NCBI RefSeq assembly: GCF_001194135.2 | Contig: NC_068983.1 | Coordinates: 125,853,887 to 125,901,096, forward strand | DNA from: Octopus bimaculoides | Lineage: Eukaryota | DNA: 47,210 nt | Direction: 5' to 3' | Shown here: in pieces, positions 1 to 12,195 of the stretch | Layout of the letters: each line of letters opens with the position of its first letter | How positions within the stretch are numbered: position 1 is the first letter of the stretch | Made by a program: the position numbers and the translations under genes | The notes under the pieces: generated by a model | Told to the model about the DNA's origin: nothing | Database searches by the model: none | What the model saw: only the letters and a program-made list of their open reading frames with translations

Positions 1-8
1 ATAATAAC

Positions 9-89
<81 letters not shown>
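1..89 (+). repeat. (AAT)n microsatellite
   Basis: Near-perfect AAT trinucleotide run. Confidence 0.98.
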
Positions 90-90
<1 letters not shown>

Positions 91-231
91 GTTTCAAAAT
101 TTTCCTGAAGAGCAGCAATTTTGGTGGAGGGGATGAGTCGATGCAATCGACCCCAGTGTTCAACTAGTACGTATTTTATCGACCCTGCATTTCCCCCGGC
201 GTGCTAACGATTCTGTCAACTCGCTGACTTA
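90..231 (-). mobile_element. tRNA-derived SINE, family A (cephalopod OR-type), internally deleted
   Basis: Contains gagtcgatgcaatcgaccccagtg...tattttatcgaccc and ccggcgtgctaacgattctg. Colinear with the longer copy at 18609-18825 but lacks the middle after position 185. Confidence 0.8.
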
Positions 232-268
232 ATGATATGGAAATAAATAAATAAATAAATAAATAAAA

Positions 269-270
<2 letters not shown>

Positions 271-343
<73 letters not shown>

Positions 344-431
344 NNNNNNNNNNATAATAATAATAATAATAATTAATAATAATAATTAATAATAATAATA
401 ATAATCATAATAATAATAATAATAATAATAA

Positions 432-462
<31 letters not shown>
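271..462 (+). repeat. (AAT)n grading into (AAG)n microsatellite
   Basis: Direct inspection; includes a 10-N gap. Confidence 0.95.
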
Positions 463-465
463 AAT

Positions 466-1000
466 AGATGTAGTCCTAGGTAGTGGCTCTCATGACTTCT
501 GATCTTAACTGATTGCAAGTGTTATCATGTACATTGATTTGTCTTGGTATAAATGATGAGCTACAGCAAATATTCTGCTTAATACCACAGATTTGCTTGT
601 CAGTTATTGACAGGTCCCTTGGTGGCTGACGATATGTGCATCTCTGATTACCAGCAGAAGCTGTGTGGGAGCATCATAACCATGTGTCGAGAGGAATTAT
701 TTGAGGTTTGTATAATTCACCTTTGGAAACATGGCTGTTTCGTTCAACATCCTTAAACAACCCGTATTCAGAGACTTTTCGAGCAGGATGGGCTAATCGA
801 CCTGAAGAAAATCCTAACTGGACCCCACCTGCAAGATCATGCACTGCTTATCTTGATATGAGGTCACCATGTCGCGCACATATGGTTGTGATGCATCTGC
901 CTGGCGTACCCTTAGCAGACGGGTAGTCATGATGGGTATACTGGTCTTCATATATTTTATCAGTGTCACTTTGATAGCATGCACAGCTCTCTCACTCAAT
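466..1000 (+). mobile_element. Unclassified AAT-associated interspersed repeat, copy 1
   Basis: Colinear along its length with 3983-4492 (e.g. gatcttaactgattgcaagtg vs gatcttaacagattggaagtg; catatggttgtgatg; cagacgggtagtcatgatggg). Ends in ctcactcaat followed by a trinucleotide tract. No credible ORF. Confidence 0.8.
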
Positions 1001-1061
1001 ACTACTATTACTACTGATACTACTAATACTGCTGCTACTACTACTACTACTACTACTACTG

Positions 1062-1124
<63 letters not shown>

Positions 1125-1146
1125 GTAATAATAGTAATGGTAATAA
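1001..1146 (+). repeat. (ACT)n/(AAT)n microsatellite tail
   Basis: Direct inspection. Confidence 0.95.
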
Positions 1147-1329
1147 TAAGGTAAAAAATAATATTATTTACAAGAAAGGAGAACAAAAATCAGTAAAAAT
1201 ATTATTAACAATATAAAAGGTTTCTTTAACAATTATTGTATAACAAATATACTGGGGACAGTACAGCATGATGCATTGTGGAAACATAAAACGTGTGATA
1301 TAAATTAAAGTGTCGAATAAAGGTAAAAA

Positions 1330-3060
1330 AAAAGTTCAAACAAGGAATATTTCTTCTAAATTGGGGATTAATCCGAACACTACAGGTGGAAAGCCCTGAG
1401 AACTCCTTTTTTAGTGATTCGTGAAAATCTTTCTCAGGATTCCCACAAAGTAGAAGTAGAAGTTTCCTTGTCGTCCCCCACAGAAATGTTTTAGCCAAAG
1501 ACATAAGAAAGTACTAGCGAAGCTGACGAGACGATCTTCACAATAGACCCAACTGATAATTGCTAACAGGATCCTATGTAGACCCGGTACGAGGAGTTCC
1601 ATAAAATCCTCAAATCAAGAATGCTCAAGTATTGGACAAGTACCCGGCAAAAGCTTTGTTGTACTACGCGTCTCTTGGATTTACTCCACTGACGGCACCT
1701 CCGTGTTTGTAGAGATTAGCGTTTCTGGAGAAGGCTGTCGGTTTTCCCACCATGAATATAGTTCAAAATACCAATGTGGAAACTACAGCGACTACGAGAG
1801 TGTCCAACTGGTAGAGTGGTATAAGTGCTCATTTCATATGTAAAATGACCTGTCTCTGCCTTTTCTGATACATAATTACACCTCTCTCAATGTTAGCTAC
1901 CTGACGGACCATTTCTTTTAATTCCCTAGTATTCCTCTTCTCTAGGCCAAAAACGATTGGAAACAATAAAACTGCTTCGTCTCTCCAACACTCAACGGTT
2001 CCGTTGGACGGTATGGACCTGTCTCTGCATATTCTGTGTTACACGCCCACTCACCTTTCTTGGTTCATTCTGTCCCTTCATTGACTTGTATTTCATTCGT
2101 GCAGTACAGATCACATTGATGCCCCTGGTATTGGCATTGCGATGGTTACACCGTCCGTTTGTGCCCACATGAGTCTTCCGCATCCTTGTTTGAAAGGAAA
2201 ACATTCAAATTCTCTAGCTTTCACAGTAGTGGTTCGAGAGACAGTGCCTACAAAAGAAGAGCTGATAAAGAACAATCTTGACGAACCGAGCCCGTGATAC
2301 TGAAGGGTCTGAATCATTGTCATTCCGCTTGAACACTGAGCTGATATCGCTGCACACTATGGAGATCCAATGGTGAAGGTCGGGGCAGAGAAGGGCTGCT
2401 TAGGTGAGGACTGCCATAAAACATGATTAAGCATAGCGATGCTCTTCTTTGATTTTAACTATTTACAATATTACCCATGGCAGGTTTCATACCAATCTAT
2501 TCGATATTGACTTTTAATACGGCTCAACTTTGCCTGTCACAATGAAGGACAACTACCAACGTCTTGTCTAACATCTTGGGCATTTAAAAAAAAATCTGCG
2601 TTTAATAATGTTGCGGAACAAACATTCTTAGTATGATCTCCATTTTTGCGATTATTTCACCGTCTACATTTCTCCCCCATTCACGTAACTTGAAGTTTCC
2701 CGTTCTGCTTCTTGTTTCGATATATTTCGGCAAAGAGATCTGCAAACGAGTTTGGTATATAACAGTAAACTCATAGAGCAGGCCAACTAAATTCGAAATT
2801 TTACCATCTCCCTGCTGCCAAAATATATCGCCGTGCCTGTTATGGGTCTTTTCAAAACACTCTGGTCCTTTTACCAAATATCAACGCATGCTTTCGAGGT
2901 CAGCAATGAAGTCTATCGTGCCCTTCGGCCAGCCACAAATCACGAATGATCGACCAATGAATATTTATAGTAGAGTAAATTTCGTCCATTGTGGGTCGAC
3001 AAAAAAGAGGGCATTGTGGATTCGTTGAGACGTTATGGTACCGCCAGCAAGTCGCATCTA
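1330..3060 (-). mobile_element. Highly degenerate L1/Tx1-like LINE ORF2 remnant with internal deletions
   Basis: Broken minus-strand frames give SVLKRPITGTAI (post-endonuclease linker), NLYKHGGAV, RVLVQYLSILDL and QLSVGSIVKIVSSASL. These resemble the C-terminal region of Tx1-like ORF2s as I recall them. Many stops and frameshifts. Confidence 0.5.
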
Positions 3061-3503
3061 TACATTATTCTTGCCCTTACCCGCTGATGCTTTTGACTTC
3101 ACTACTTGACCGGGACTTTATTAAATTAAAGCACAAATGATCTGAGATAAAGTCAACTTCGGCATTATTTAAAATACGTGTATAAAGAAATATTTAAATC
3201 GGTTACATAAATAGATATACATCGATAATTTCTGGACAGTGAAAAACATTTTGGCTATTCGCAGCTACATTAATATATCAAATTAATATTATGTCCATGT
3301 ATAAAAGAGGTCTTTATGTTGAGAGCAAAGTAGGGGAACTAGTCATAAGGGAAAAAAAGAAAAAAGCAAATATAAGATTCGTTCCTCGATTTACAAGCCG
3401 AATCTGAGGTCAATACTATTGTAAATAACTTTAGCAGGCCACACGGAAGGAAAAAAAAATCGAAGATTCAATAATTTAATAATGCTAGCGGTTAATGATA
3501 ATG

Positions 3504-3590
<87 letters not shown>

Positions 3591-3593
<3 letters not shown>

Positions 3594-3905
3594 GCCGTTA
3601 TTGTAGGTGCCTTAGGTATAATAAAAAAAAGTGATGTCAAAAAAATCTAGACCACGTTTCAGGAGAAACATGTCTCAGAGAAATCCAAAAGATTGAGCTA
3701 ACAAATACTGTCCACATCCTGAGAAAAACATATCAATTCAAATTTTTGTGTTGTCTTATCGGAAGATATTTCAATACTGTCCCTGACAGGTCCCCTCTCC
3801 AAGCTTTCAGTCATACTGTATCAACTCTTATCTTTCACTCACCCTAGAACGCTGGGGGTGTCTCGGCAAGCGATAGTAACATACAAGCAGATTAAGAGTA
3901 AATAA
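3591..3905 (+). mobile_element. R4/Dong-clade (RLE) non-LTR retrotransposon, short 3' fragment
   Basis: Starts immediately after (AAT)n. Encodes IAVIVGALGIIKK, then after a frameshift GETCLREIQKIELTNTVHILRKT, the typical extreme C-terminus of R4/Dong proteins. About 160 bp of 3' UTR then runs into AAC/AAT repeats. Confidence 0.85.
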
Positions 3906-3982
3906 CAAGAACATCACCAACAACCTCAACAATAATAATAATGATAAGACTAACAATAATAGCAATGATAATGATGATGGTA

Positions 3983-4492
3983 AATGCTGTGATGCAGTGC
4001 CAAGTAGTGGCAATCATGGCTTTTGATCTTAACAGATTGGAAGTGTCAACATGTGCATTTGTCTTGGTGAAAAAAGTTGACTACAGCAAATATCTGTTCA
4101 ACACTACAGATGTACTTGACAGTTTCTTGACCTTAACTAGTATAACATGTTCCGTAGTGGCTAACAATATGTGCTATCTGATCAAGAGTAGGAGTAGTGG
4201 AGAGCATCATGACCATGTACTCAAGGGTATTCTTTGGGGTTTGGATAATCCATCTCTGGAACAACAGGTATTTCGTTTAAAATCCCATTTCAGGCGATGT
4301 AGGCTATTAGACTTCAAGACAATTCGAAATGGGCCACATCTGCAATGTCATGCGCTGATTATCTTGATATGGGGCCAGCTTGTCAATCATATATGGTTGT
4401 GATGTATGTGAGCTGTGTACTCTTATTAGACGGGTTGTCATGATGGATATATTTGTGTCACTCTGATGCTACACGCTGCTGTTTCACTCAAT
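3983..4492 (+). mobile_element. Unclassified AAT-associated interspersed repeat, copy 2
   Basis: Diverged colinear copy of 466-1000 in the same orientation, again ending at cactcaat plus a trinucleotide tract. Confidence 0.8.
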
Positions 4493-4667
4493 GATAATAA
4501 TGATTTCTTTCTCAATACTAATAAAAATAATGATAATGATTATGATGATGATGATGATAATGACGACGACGATGATGATGACAACGATGATAATTTTGAA
4601 GATGTTGTAGATAATGATGTTGATAATGATAAGAATAATAATGATGATGATTATGATGACGATGACG

Positions 4668-4710
<43 letters not shown>

Positions 4711-4711
4711 T
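4493..4711 (+). repeat. Degenerate (GAT/GAC/AAT)n microsatellite
   Basis: Direct inspection; source of the spurious D/N-rich ORF. Confidence 0.95.
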
Positions 4712-5630
4712 AAACTGAAATCTGTAACCTCGACGGAAAAAGAAGGAAATTGTTGGCAATCCACAGAATGCACTACCCTAAGGCAGATATAGAACAATTT
4801 ACCTGCCATGAAAAGAGGGAGGCCGAGGATTTCTTCAACTGGAATTAACAATGAACATTTCGAGAATTGGCCTAAACATCTGCCTGAGAAACTCTGATGA
4901 TTAGATGTTAAAACTTGTCTTACAGCACGAAATCAAGTAAACATCATACTCTGTCACAAAAGAGGCAAAGAAATATCTAAGTGAATTCCATATACAACAA
5001 ATTCCAACAAGAATATAAGAAACAAGAATATAAGTGTCTAAGTTTAAGAAAGCCCTTTCTAAAACTGCTGCCTTAGATATTTTTACTGATAAATGACAAG
5101 AAAAACATCTTAATGACAAATATCCAAAGAGAGCTAATAATGCTGATGTTGACAAGGTCCTTACCCATCAATGATTAGTGATTTCTAGCTTAAATTCAGA
5201 GACAGAGGGAATTATCATAGCAGCCCAAGATCAATGCGTATCTACAAGGAGCTACATGGTCAACATATTAAGAGCGACTGTAGTCCAACCTGTTGTGTAC
5301 GTAAACTACTAAGTGAAAGCATTGATCATGTTGTCTCCATGTGCGGTCTTTTTGCGCCTACAGTGTATCTCAACAAGAAGTCTAAAAATGGCAGAAATTC
5401 AAAAAATAATGCGGATGTGAACTGCTCATATCCTACGTATAATACTGTCTGTGTAGTCCCAAATTTTGAAACAAACTTATATTTTTTTAATGTTTTCTAA
5501 AACATTCCTTAGAAAAATACTTTGTACAAAACCAAATGTATGGTACCCTAGTCGTCCCAACAACTTCTCTCTTTTGAGGTCTATGGGTGCCACTTGGAGT
5601 CAACTTGCACAAATAAAACAATAGTCAAAC
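4712..5630 (+). mobile_element. R4/Dong-clade LINE, 5'-truncated, RLE domain deleted
   Basis: EICNLDGKRRKLLAIHRMHYPKADIE (end of RT/thumb), SETEGIIIAAQDQ, degenerate CCHC knuckle CSPTCCVRKLLSESIDHVVSMC. Then a jump to the terminal MAEIQKIMRM*TAHILRIILSV*, a 3' UTR and an (AAT)n tail. (AAT)n also lies at the 5' side. Confidence 0.9.
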
Positions 5631-5673
<43 letters not shown>

Positions 5674-7014
5674 NNNNNNNNNNNNNNNNNNNNNNNNNNN
5701 NNNNNNNNNNNNNNNNNNNNNNNNNNNNNNNNNNNNNNNNNNNNNNNNNNNNNNNNNNNNNNNNNNNNNNNNNNNNNNNNNNNNNNNNNNNNNNNNNNNN
5801 NNNNNNNNNNNNNNNNNNNNNNNNNNNNNNNNNNNNNNNNNNNNNNNNNNNNNNNNNNNNNNNNNNNNNNNNNNNNNNNNNNNNNNNNNNNNNNNNNNNN
5901 NNNNNNNNNNNNNNNNNNNNNNNNNNNNNNNNNNNNNNNNNNNNNNNNNNNNNNNNNNNNNNNNNNNNNNNNNNNNNNNNNNNNNNNNNNNNNNNNNNNN
6001 NNNNNNNNNNNNNNNNNNNNNNNNNNNNNNNNNNNNNNNNNNNNNNNNNNNNNNNNNNNNNNNNNNNNNNNNNNNNNGCGCGCACATACGTGCGTTCTTC
6101 AGTATTTGAGTGAGTGTGAGTGAGTATTTCTATATGGAGGTAAATATACATATATATTTGGCTGCTTGTGAGTGGTTTCTGACGACATACAATATACAAT
6201 CACATACGGAAGAATTCAAATATTCATTGTTTTACGTATTAGACATTCAGACATTCAAAAGAATAATATCTATATTTCGATACATGTGTACACATACATG
6301 CATACATACACACATACATATATACACACATATATACATACATGCATATACGTACATGTACATATATGAACATGTAAGTACATCCCACCTTCATCAAACC
6401 TCAATAATTTACTTGTACCACTTGACTAAACGCAGATTTAACAGTTGTCTCTACCTTGACAAGATAATTGATATAAAGTATACATACAGTATATCTTATA
6501 TAATGTTTTCTTTGCGTTATATATACATTATGTTATTATTATAATATATTATATCATAATATATATACTTTTCATTATATATATTATAATATGTGTTCAT
6601 ATATATTCATCTACTATGTATAACGTGTGTATGAGACTTCATTCAGTTTTGTACATAGAAACATCTAACTACATGTTGTATATGTGTATAAGTGTAGGAT
6701 TTATATGGATTTGTACTGATATATTCATATGGATACACGTATACATATGTATGCGTGAATCAATAGATATTTTAAACAGTATATGCGTTTCGTCTAAGGC
6801 ATGTTATTTTCTTTTAAAAGATTAAAGGTAAAAATATGCATTTATAATATAACAAGTGAATCAATGAGCCTTCAATAAGTTTTTGATTATTTTTATCAGA
6901 TAAGTTCACATTCTATGACATATGCACTTAGAATCACAAACATATGTATGCATGTATGTATTCATATACACATATATTCATTGCTTATATAAATAAGTAT
7001 GCATGTGTGTGTTT

Positions 7015-7016
<2 letters not shown>

Positions 7017-7095
<79 letters not shown>

Positions 7096-7336
7096 TTGAT
7101 ATGTATATATGCTATATTGTTAACATTATATAAAAGAAAATGAAAATAAGCGATATTCAAACAAAAGGTATTTTAAATGTAAACAGACGGATTAGAAGCT
7201 GAATGACGGGAAACCTGTAAGTCCTTTCACATCCAATATATTAAGGAATACACTACACTTCCGTATTAAACTTTTTCAGTTATCGCATTTCGTTGAATGA
7301 ATAAATACATAAATACACACACACACACACACAGAT

Positions 7337-7374
<38 letters not shown>

Positions 7375-7412
7375 ACACACACACACAAATACACACATGC
7401 ACACACACACAC
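7017..7412. repeat. (AT)n at 7017-7088 and (CA)n at about 7315-7412
   Basis: Direct inspection. Confidence 0.9.
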
Positions 7413-8409
7413 ATGACTGCTTGTCAATCTTGTAACAGTGAATCACAGATCAGATGGCAATTCGTGAAGTTTCACATTAATAAATATTTATTATTATTAT
7501 TATTGACCTCCTCCCATCCTTCAAATCTTTACACTCTGGTGAAATTTTCAGCAATTATATATTTATATACACATAATAAATACACACATATATATATATA
7601 TATATAGAAGTATACTCATACACACGCATATATATGGATATATATGTGTATATAAATATGGTTGCTTTTGAATGATTTGTGACTTTTAACACATGTACAA
7701 TTTGTAATATTTTCTGTTATATGAAGAGAATTAAGACATATTTTTCTACTTTGTTAATCTTACAATCGTCCGCACATTAACATAATTTATATATATTGAA
7801 AATAATTATATCGATTTATCGGCTAATATTTAACAGTCGTCAGATATAAGAACATATGAATAATCTTTGATCGTTAAAAATTAACCGCCGATGATATTTC
7901 AATGAAAGTTTGTTTTAAATATTTGTTATTAAAGTTGTTGTTTAATGTCTTGAATATTTTCTTCTGGTTCTGTTAAAAAATATTTTATATTATTTGTTCA
8001 TTTCCTATTTCATTCGAATACTAGATTAAACACAATATAAAATTCCTTTCCACGTATCTGATTTATTATTTCTTCTGTATTGCGTGTTGTTACTTTGTTT
8101 TACAATGTAAAGTTAACACACGGTGGGTTAATGTTATTTTGCATTCTATTGCAATCAACATCAAATTTAGAACTAATACTTTACAGATCCCATATTCATT
8201 GTATATATTTTGAACCACACTTTCAAATATTGCTATTTATATCACTATGTATACGCAATCACAAAGGCATACGCAATCGTACATCTATCTAGCACCTACT
8301 ATTTGAAAAGAAAATTTAATTGAAGGAAATCGAAACTAATTAGAGAAAAAAAAGACAATATACTCTTATACAATTTGGTATGCGCATACTTACATGCACA
8401 AAGTAAAAC

Positions 8410-9135
8410 TGTATTCGTTAAATCCACCATCTTCATCGATTTCTGCCACTACACTGCATCAGAAACGACTAAATGTGCTTATAAGATGATATTTTATCAA
8501 TGTCTGTCATCCCGTCCACAGTACCAGAAATCAAAGAGTCCCTGATATTATTGGTATGCTTATTGGTCTTCTTCTAAAGAACTTCTCAGACGTCGTGTCC
8601 ATGGGTAATTAAATCAGGAGGGGTTGTGTGAAAAAGAGCATTGTTTTGCTGGATCCTGTACAGCCTCGCCCGAGCAGCTGCCTCTAGACAATCGTCTCCA
8701 TTGTTTCAATGTATGCTGCCACTTTGACCCTAATAAATTACGGAGAATTGAGGACACATTGCTCAATGCTTCCTGGATCCGCATAGACGATGGAAACTAT
8801 GCTGCATCACATTGAGAAATTCTTTGGGCTGGGACAGAGCCATATGTTGGAATTCCTGCTGGATAAAAAGTTCTCAAGGAAAAACAACAGAATATTGGAC
8901 TCGTCAGGGTGCTGGAAGTTTTTTCAGTATGTGTTTCAACCAAATTACAAGGTGCTCCGTGTCTCATTGAATATGGGCCTGATGTCTCCTTTCACCATAC
9001 GTCTAATTAGAGATTCCGGCGGAACTTTTGGATAGCCTTGACATGCGAAGATTTTTATGGACGATGCGATGGACTTCCTGGACGAAATCGACTTTTCAAT
9101 ATTTGGTTAGATACATTCCCATCACAGGCGAAGGG
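8410..9135 (-). mobile_element. Degenerate Tc1/mariner transposase, maT/DD37D-like
   Basis: Frameshifted minus-strand pieces in the expected order: VHRIVHKNL, QHPDESNILLFF, IWLCPSP, IRVKVAAYIETMETIV, PDL..KKTNKHTNNIRDSL, AEIDEDGGFNE. TIRs not identified. Confidence 0.72.
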
Positions 9136-9380
9136 ATTTTAAACATGATATCAGTTAAGAGGCTGTAATCTCAAAATCACTGTTTGGTGACTAAGGCAAC
9201 GAGAACCCCTGCCTTTTCATTATCTGCATTAAATTCAAAGCTTCCATGTCGGGGCTACAGAAAAAAAGGATATTTAGTGAACGTTTGCGCCATGTATTAT
9301 TGTGAAAACTTTTGTTCTGAAGTAGTCGACGCGCACATACAAACACAGACATATACACAGTTTATATGAATATCTTTATA

Positions 9381-9440
<60 letters not shown>

Positions 9441-9945
9441 CATTGTTCAGTAGTTTTATTTTTATAACGTGCTTTCACTTCACTACCGAGCGCAGCTTTG
9501 TGCGCCGTGGGTATGTGCTGTGGTTTGCTGTGGTGCTCTTATGTTTACTGTATTGAAAGTNNNNNNNNNNNNNNNNNNNNNNNNNNNNNNNNNNNNNNNN
9601 NNNNNNNNNNNNNNNNNNNNNNNNNNNNNNNNNNNNNNNNNNNNNNNNNNNNNNNNNNNNNNNNNNNNNNNNNNNNNNNNNNNNNNNNNNNNNNNNNNNN
9701 NNNNNNNNNNNNNNNNNNNNNNNNNNNNNNNNNNNNNNNNNNNNNNNNNNNNNNNNNNNNNNNNNNNNNNNNNNNNNNNNNNNNNNNNNNNNNNNNNNNN
9801 NNNNNNNNNNNNNNNNNNNNNNNNNNNNNNNNNNNNNNNNNNNNNNNNNNNNNNNNNNNNNNNNNNNNNNNNNNNNNNNNNNNNNNNNNNNNNNNNNNNN
9901 NNNNNNNNNNNNNNNNNNNCGTTTTCTGTGACCTTTTCTGGCGTG

Positions 9946-9947
<2 letters not shown>
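9441..9947 (-). mobile_element. R4/Dong-clade LINE 3' fragment spanning an N-gap
   Basis: Minus strand reads HTPEKVTEN (just before the RLE 'ILWD' motif), then 360 N, then the terminal (T)LSIQ* and a short 3' UTR. (AAT)n flanks both sides in element orientation, and the gap length is about what an RLE domain needs. Confidence 0.72.
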
Positions 9948-10021
<74 letters not shown>

Positions 10022-10027
10022 ATTATT

Positions 10028-10062
<35 letters not shown>

Positions 10063-10085
10063 TATTGTTGTTATTATTATTATTG
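9948..10085 (-). repeat. (ATT)n microsatellite (AAT on the minus strand)
   Basis: Direct inspection; a matching tract lies at about 9385-9440. Confidence 0.95.
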
Positions 10086-10089
10086 TTTC

Positions 10090-10570
10090 TAAATCTCTCT
10101 AAAGAAGAGATACGGCAGCAGTACTGGGTATTAATATTTATCGGCAAGCTAACGTGGCAGTCCAGAGAAAGAGGACGAATGCTGCCGTTAATTAGATTCG
10201 AGAGGCGATCGCCTGTAGCTGTATATATAGTAAGATAAGGATTCAGATAGAATCAGGTACTTGAAAAGATATGCGCCAAGCAGGGTTGGGTAAATCTGTG
10301 GTTCCGACCGATGGTTGTTAAGTATGAAACAAGATATTCCGGCTGTGGACTTAGAGGAAACCAAACCTATGTGTATTTAGCGCCTAGGGGCTGGTCCGAT
10401 GCACTCGTTACGTTGAATTGTACGTTGTTGGTATAATTTGAGGTCTCCTCGCAGCTACTTGCTGCTATAAGCCTACTATAATAAAATATAACCTACACCC
10501 CACTCCAGTTTACCTAAAACCAGTCTAGCAGTCTGTTATCTAACGCAGGTTTATGACCGTAAATATATTA
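10090..10570 (+). mobile_element. Possible solo-LTR-like repeat
   Basis: GC-richer non-coding block with a TATA-like tatatatag and a polyA-like ataataaaa. Termini and TSD not established. Confidence 0.25.
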
Positions 10571-11039
10571 CACACTTTCAGAAACTATATTATTAACCGC
10601 AACGGCCAACTTTGTTGGTCACTTACCCATTTTATAGTTGACCTCAACAGATTTCAGCCGTGTCCCTTCTGTATTCTCGGGATATTCTTTTGCTTTTAAA
10701 ATTACGTTTCATCTGATGATTACGGTTTTTTGTAATGCAATAATGTTCTCATTTTTCTATTTAAAAAGATGCATAAGAAACAGTTGTAACTAGCTAACAA
10801 TTATCCATTGTATGTATGTATGTATATATATATATTTGAAGGGTGAAAGCAACGTTGGTGACCTAGAAGTAAACAATTCTTTCAGATGAGAATGCGTGGT
10901 CATATGACAAGTTAGCTTTTTATTAGAACGCAGGTTCTACGTATGTCTTCAAAGAACTCGTTCACTCCAAATCCCCTCCAAATCATGTGAGCCCCAGTAA
11001 TTCCATTCTTCCTTCTAAATAGCAGCAACTTTCTTTCCA

Positions 11040-11250
11040 TGAGGTCTCATATGCTCAAAGGAAATGAATCCCTATTCTCTTCTAATATTTCGTAACTAGT
11101 CTTCATCCATGCTATGCTCAGCCTACGAAGCATGGATGCTGTCTTTCCTACCTCCTCCTCTTCCTGAATTTCCTGTCGCTACTATGATGGGCATTGTTCC
11201 TCGAAGATGCTTGAGCTTTTGTTGTCTAGGCTTCGGCCATTCTCGTCACT
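11040..11250 (-). mobile_element. Possible RTE-like LINE 3' remnant
   Basis: Minus strand IIVATG(K)FRKRRR..MLRRL resembles the basic C-terminal RGRP region of RTE ORFs; very degenerate. Confidence 0.33.
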
Positions 11251-11857
11251 ATATATATATATATATATATACATAACGCCAATCTTTTTCCATTCCTGAC
11301 AATCGTTCATAACATTGTTGCGTCTGTTGACATTATGCAATTCAATGTAAATTAAACGGCATCATGCACATTGCTTCCGTCGGATGTAACAAATATCATG
11401 TTTACTGGCATAACGACAAATTTCTATGCTCATTGAAATTTAAACATGCTCACATTATGATATATACGTAAGTGTGCGTGTGCCTGTCTCTGGGTCTTTG
11501 TGTGCACATATTTAAATGTACACATATATTTCACATATATTATATATATGAATATATATATATATATATATATANNNNNNNNNNNNNNNNNNNNNNNNNN
11601 NNNNNNNNNNNNNNNNNNNNNNNNNNNNNNNNNNNNNNNNNNNNNNNNNNNNNNNNNNNNNNNNNNNNNNNNNNNNNNNNNNNNNNNNNNNNNNNNNNNN
11701 NNNNNNNNNNNNNNNNNNNNNNNNTGTATAGAGTGTTCTTCTTGTATAAGAATACTTAAGTAGTACCCTACAGAGCATATTGGGATCCGTCAGAAATATA
11801 TTTAATATTTCTTACTATAAATGAACATGAAAACGAATGTCCACCTTCTTACAACAC

Positions 11858-12195
11858 ATGTGGCTGTGTTTTAAGACATTTGCTTATCAACTACATGGTT
11901 CCGAGTTCAGTCCCACTGCGTGGTATCTTTAGTGAGTGCTTTCTACTCTCTTCTAGGGGCGACAATTTACTTGTGATTGGATTTACTAGACTGAGACTGA
12001 TAGAATCTCGTTGAAAATACACATGTGTGTGTGTCATTGCATTTGGCTGTGTGTAGCCCTCAATGCCTCATTACAACCAGTATTGGTTTGTTTGCATCTC
12101 CACAATGTAGCGGTTCGTCAAAACAAATCACTGTAATAAGTACCAGGCTTAAAAAGAAAGTAAATACTGGGGTCAATTAGTTGGACTTAAATAAT
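11858..12195 (+). mobile_element. tRNA-derived bipartite SINE, family B, diverged full-length copy
   Basis: Head tggctgtgttttaag...catggttccgagttcagtcccactgcgtgg, short internal (TG)n, then the 3' half tagcggttcg...taagtaccaggctt...actggggtc. Confidence 0.8.

Noticed and set aside
869-1216. ORF with a hydrophobic stretch and poly-T/poly-N resembling a secreted mucin
   Set aside because: It is the end of the AAT-associated repeat read into its microsatellite tail; the same applies to 4466-4792.
3941-4402. 153-aa ORF with a signal-like start
   Set aside because: It lies within repeat copy 2, and the frame is not open in copy 1.
6077-6980. Tyr/Ile/His-rich ORFs
   Set aside because: Products of degenerate (AT)/(ATAC) microsatellite sequence.
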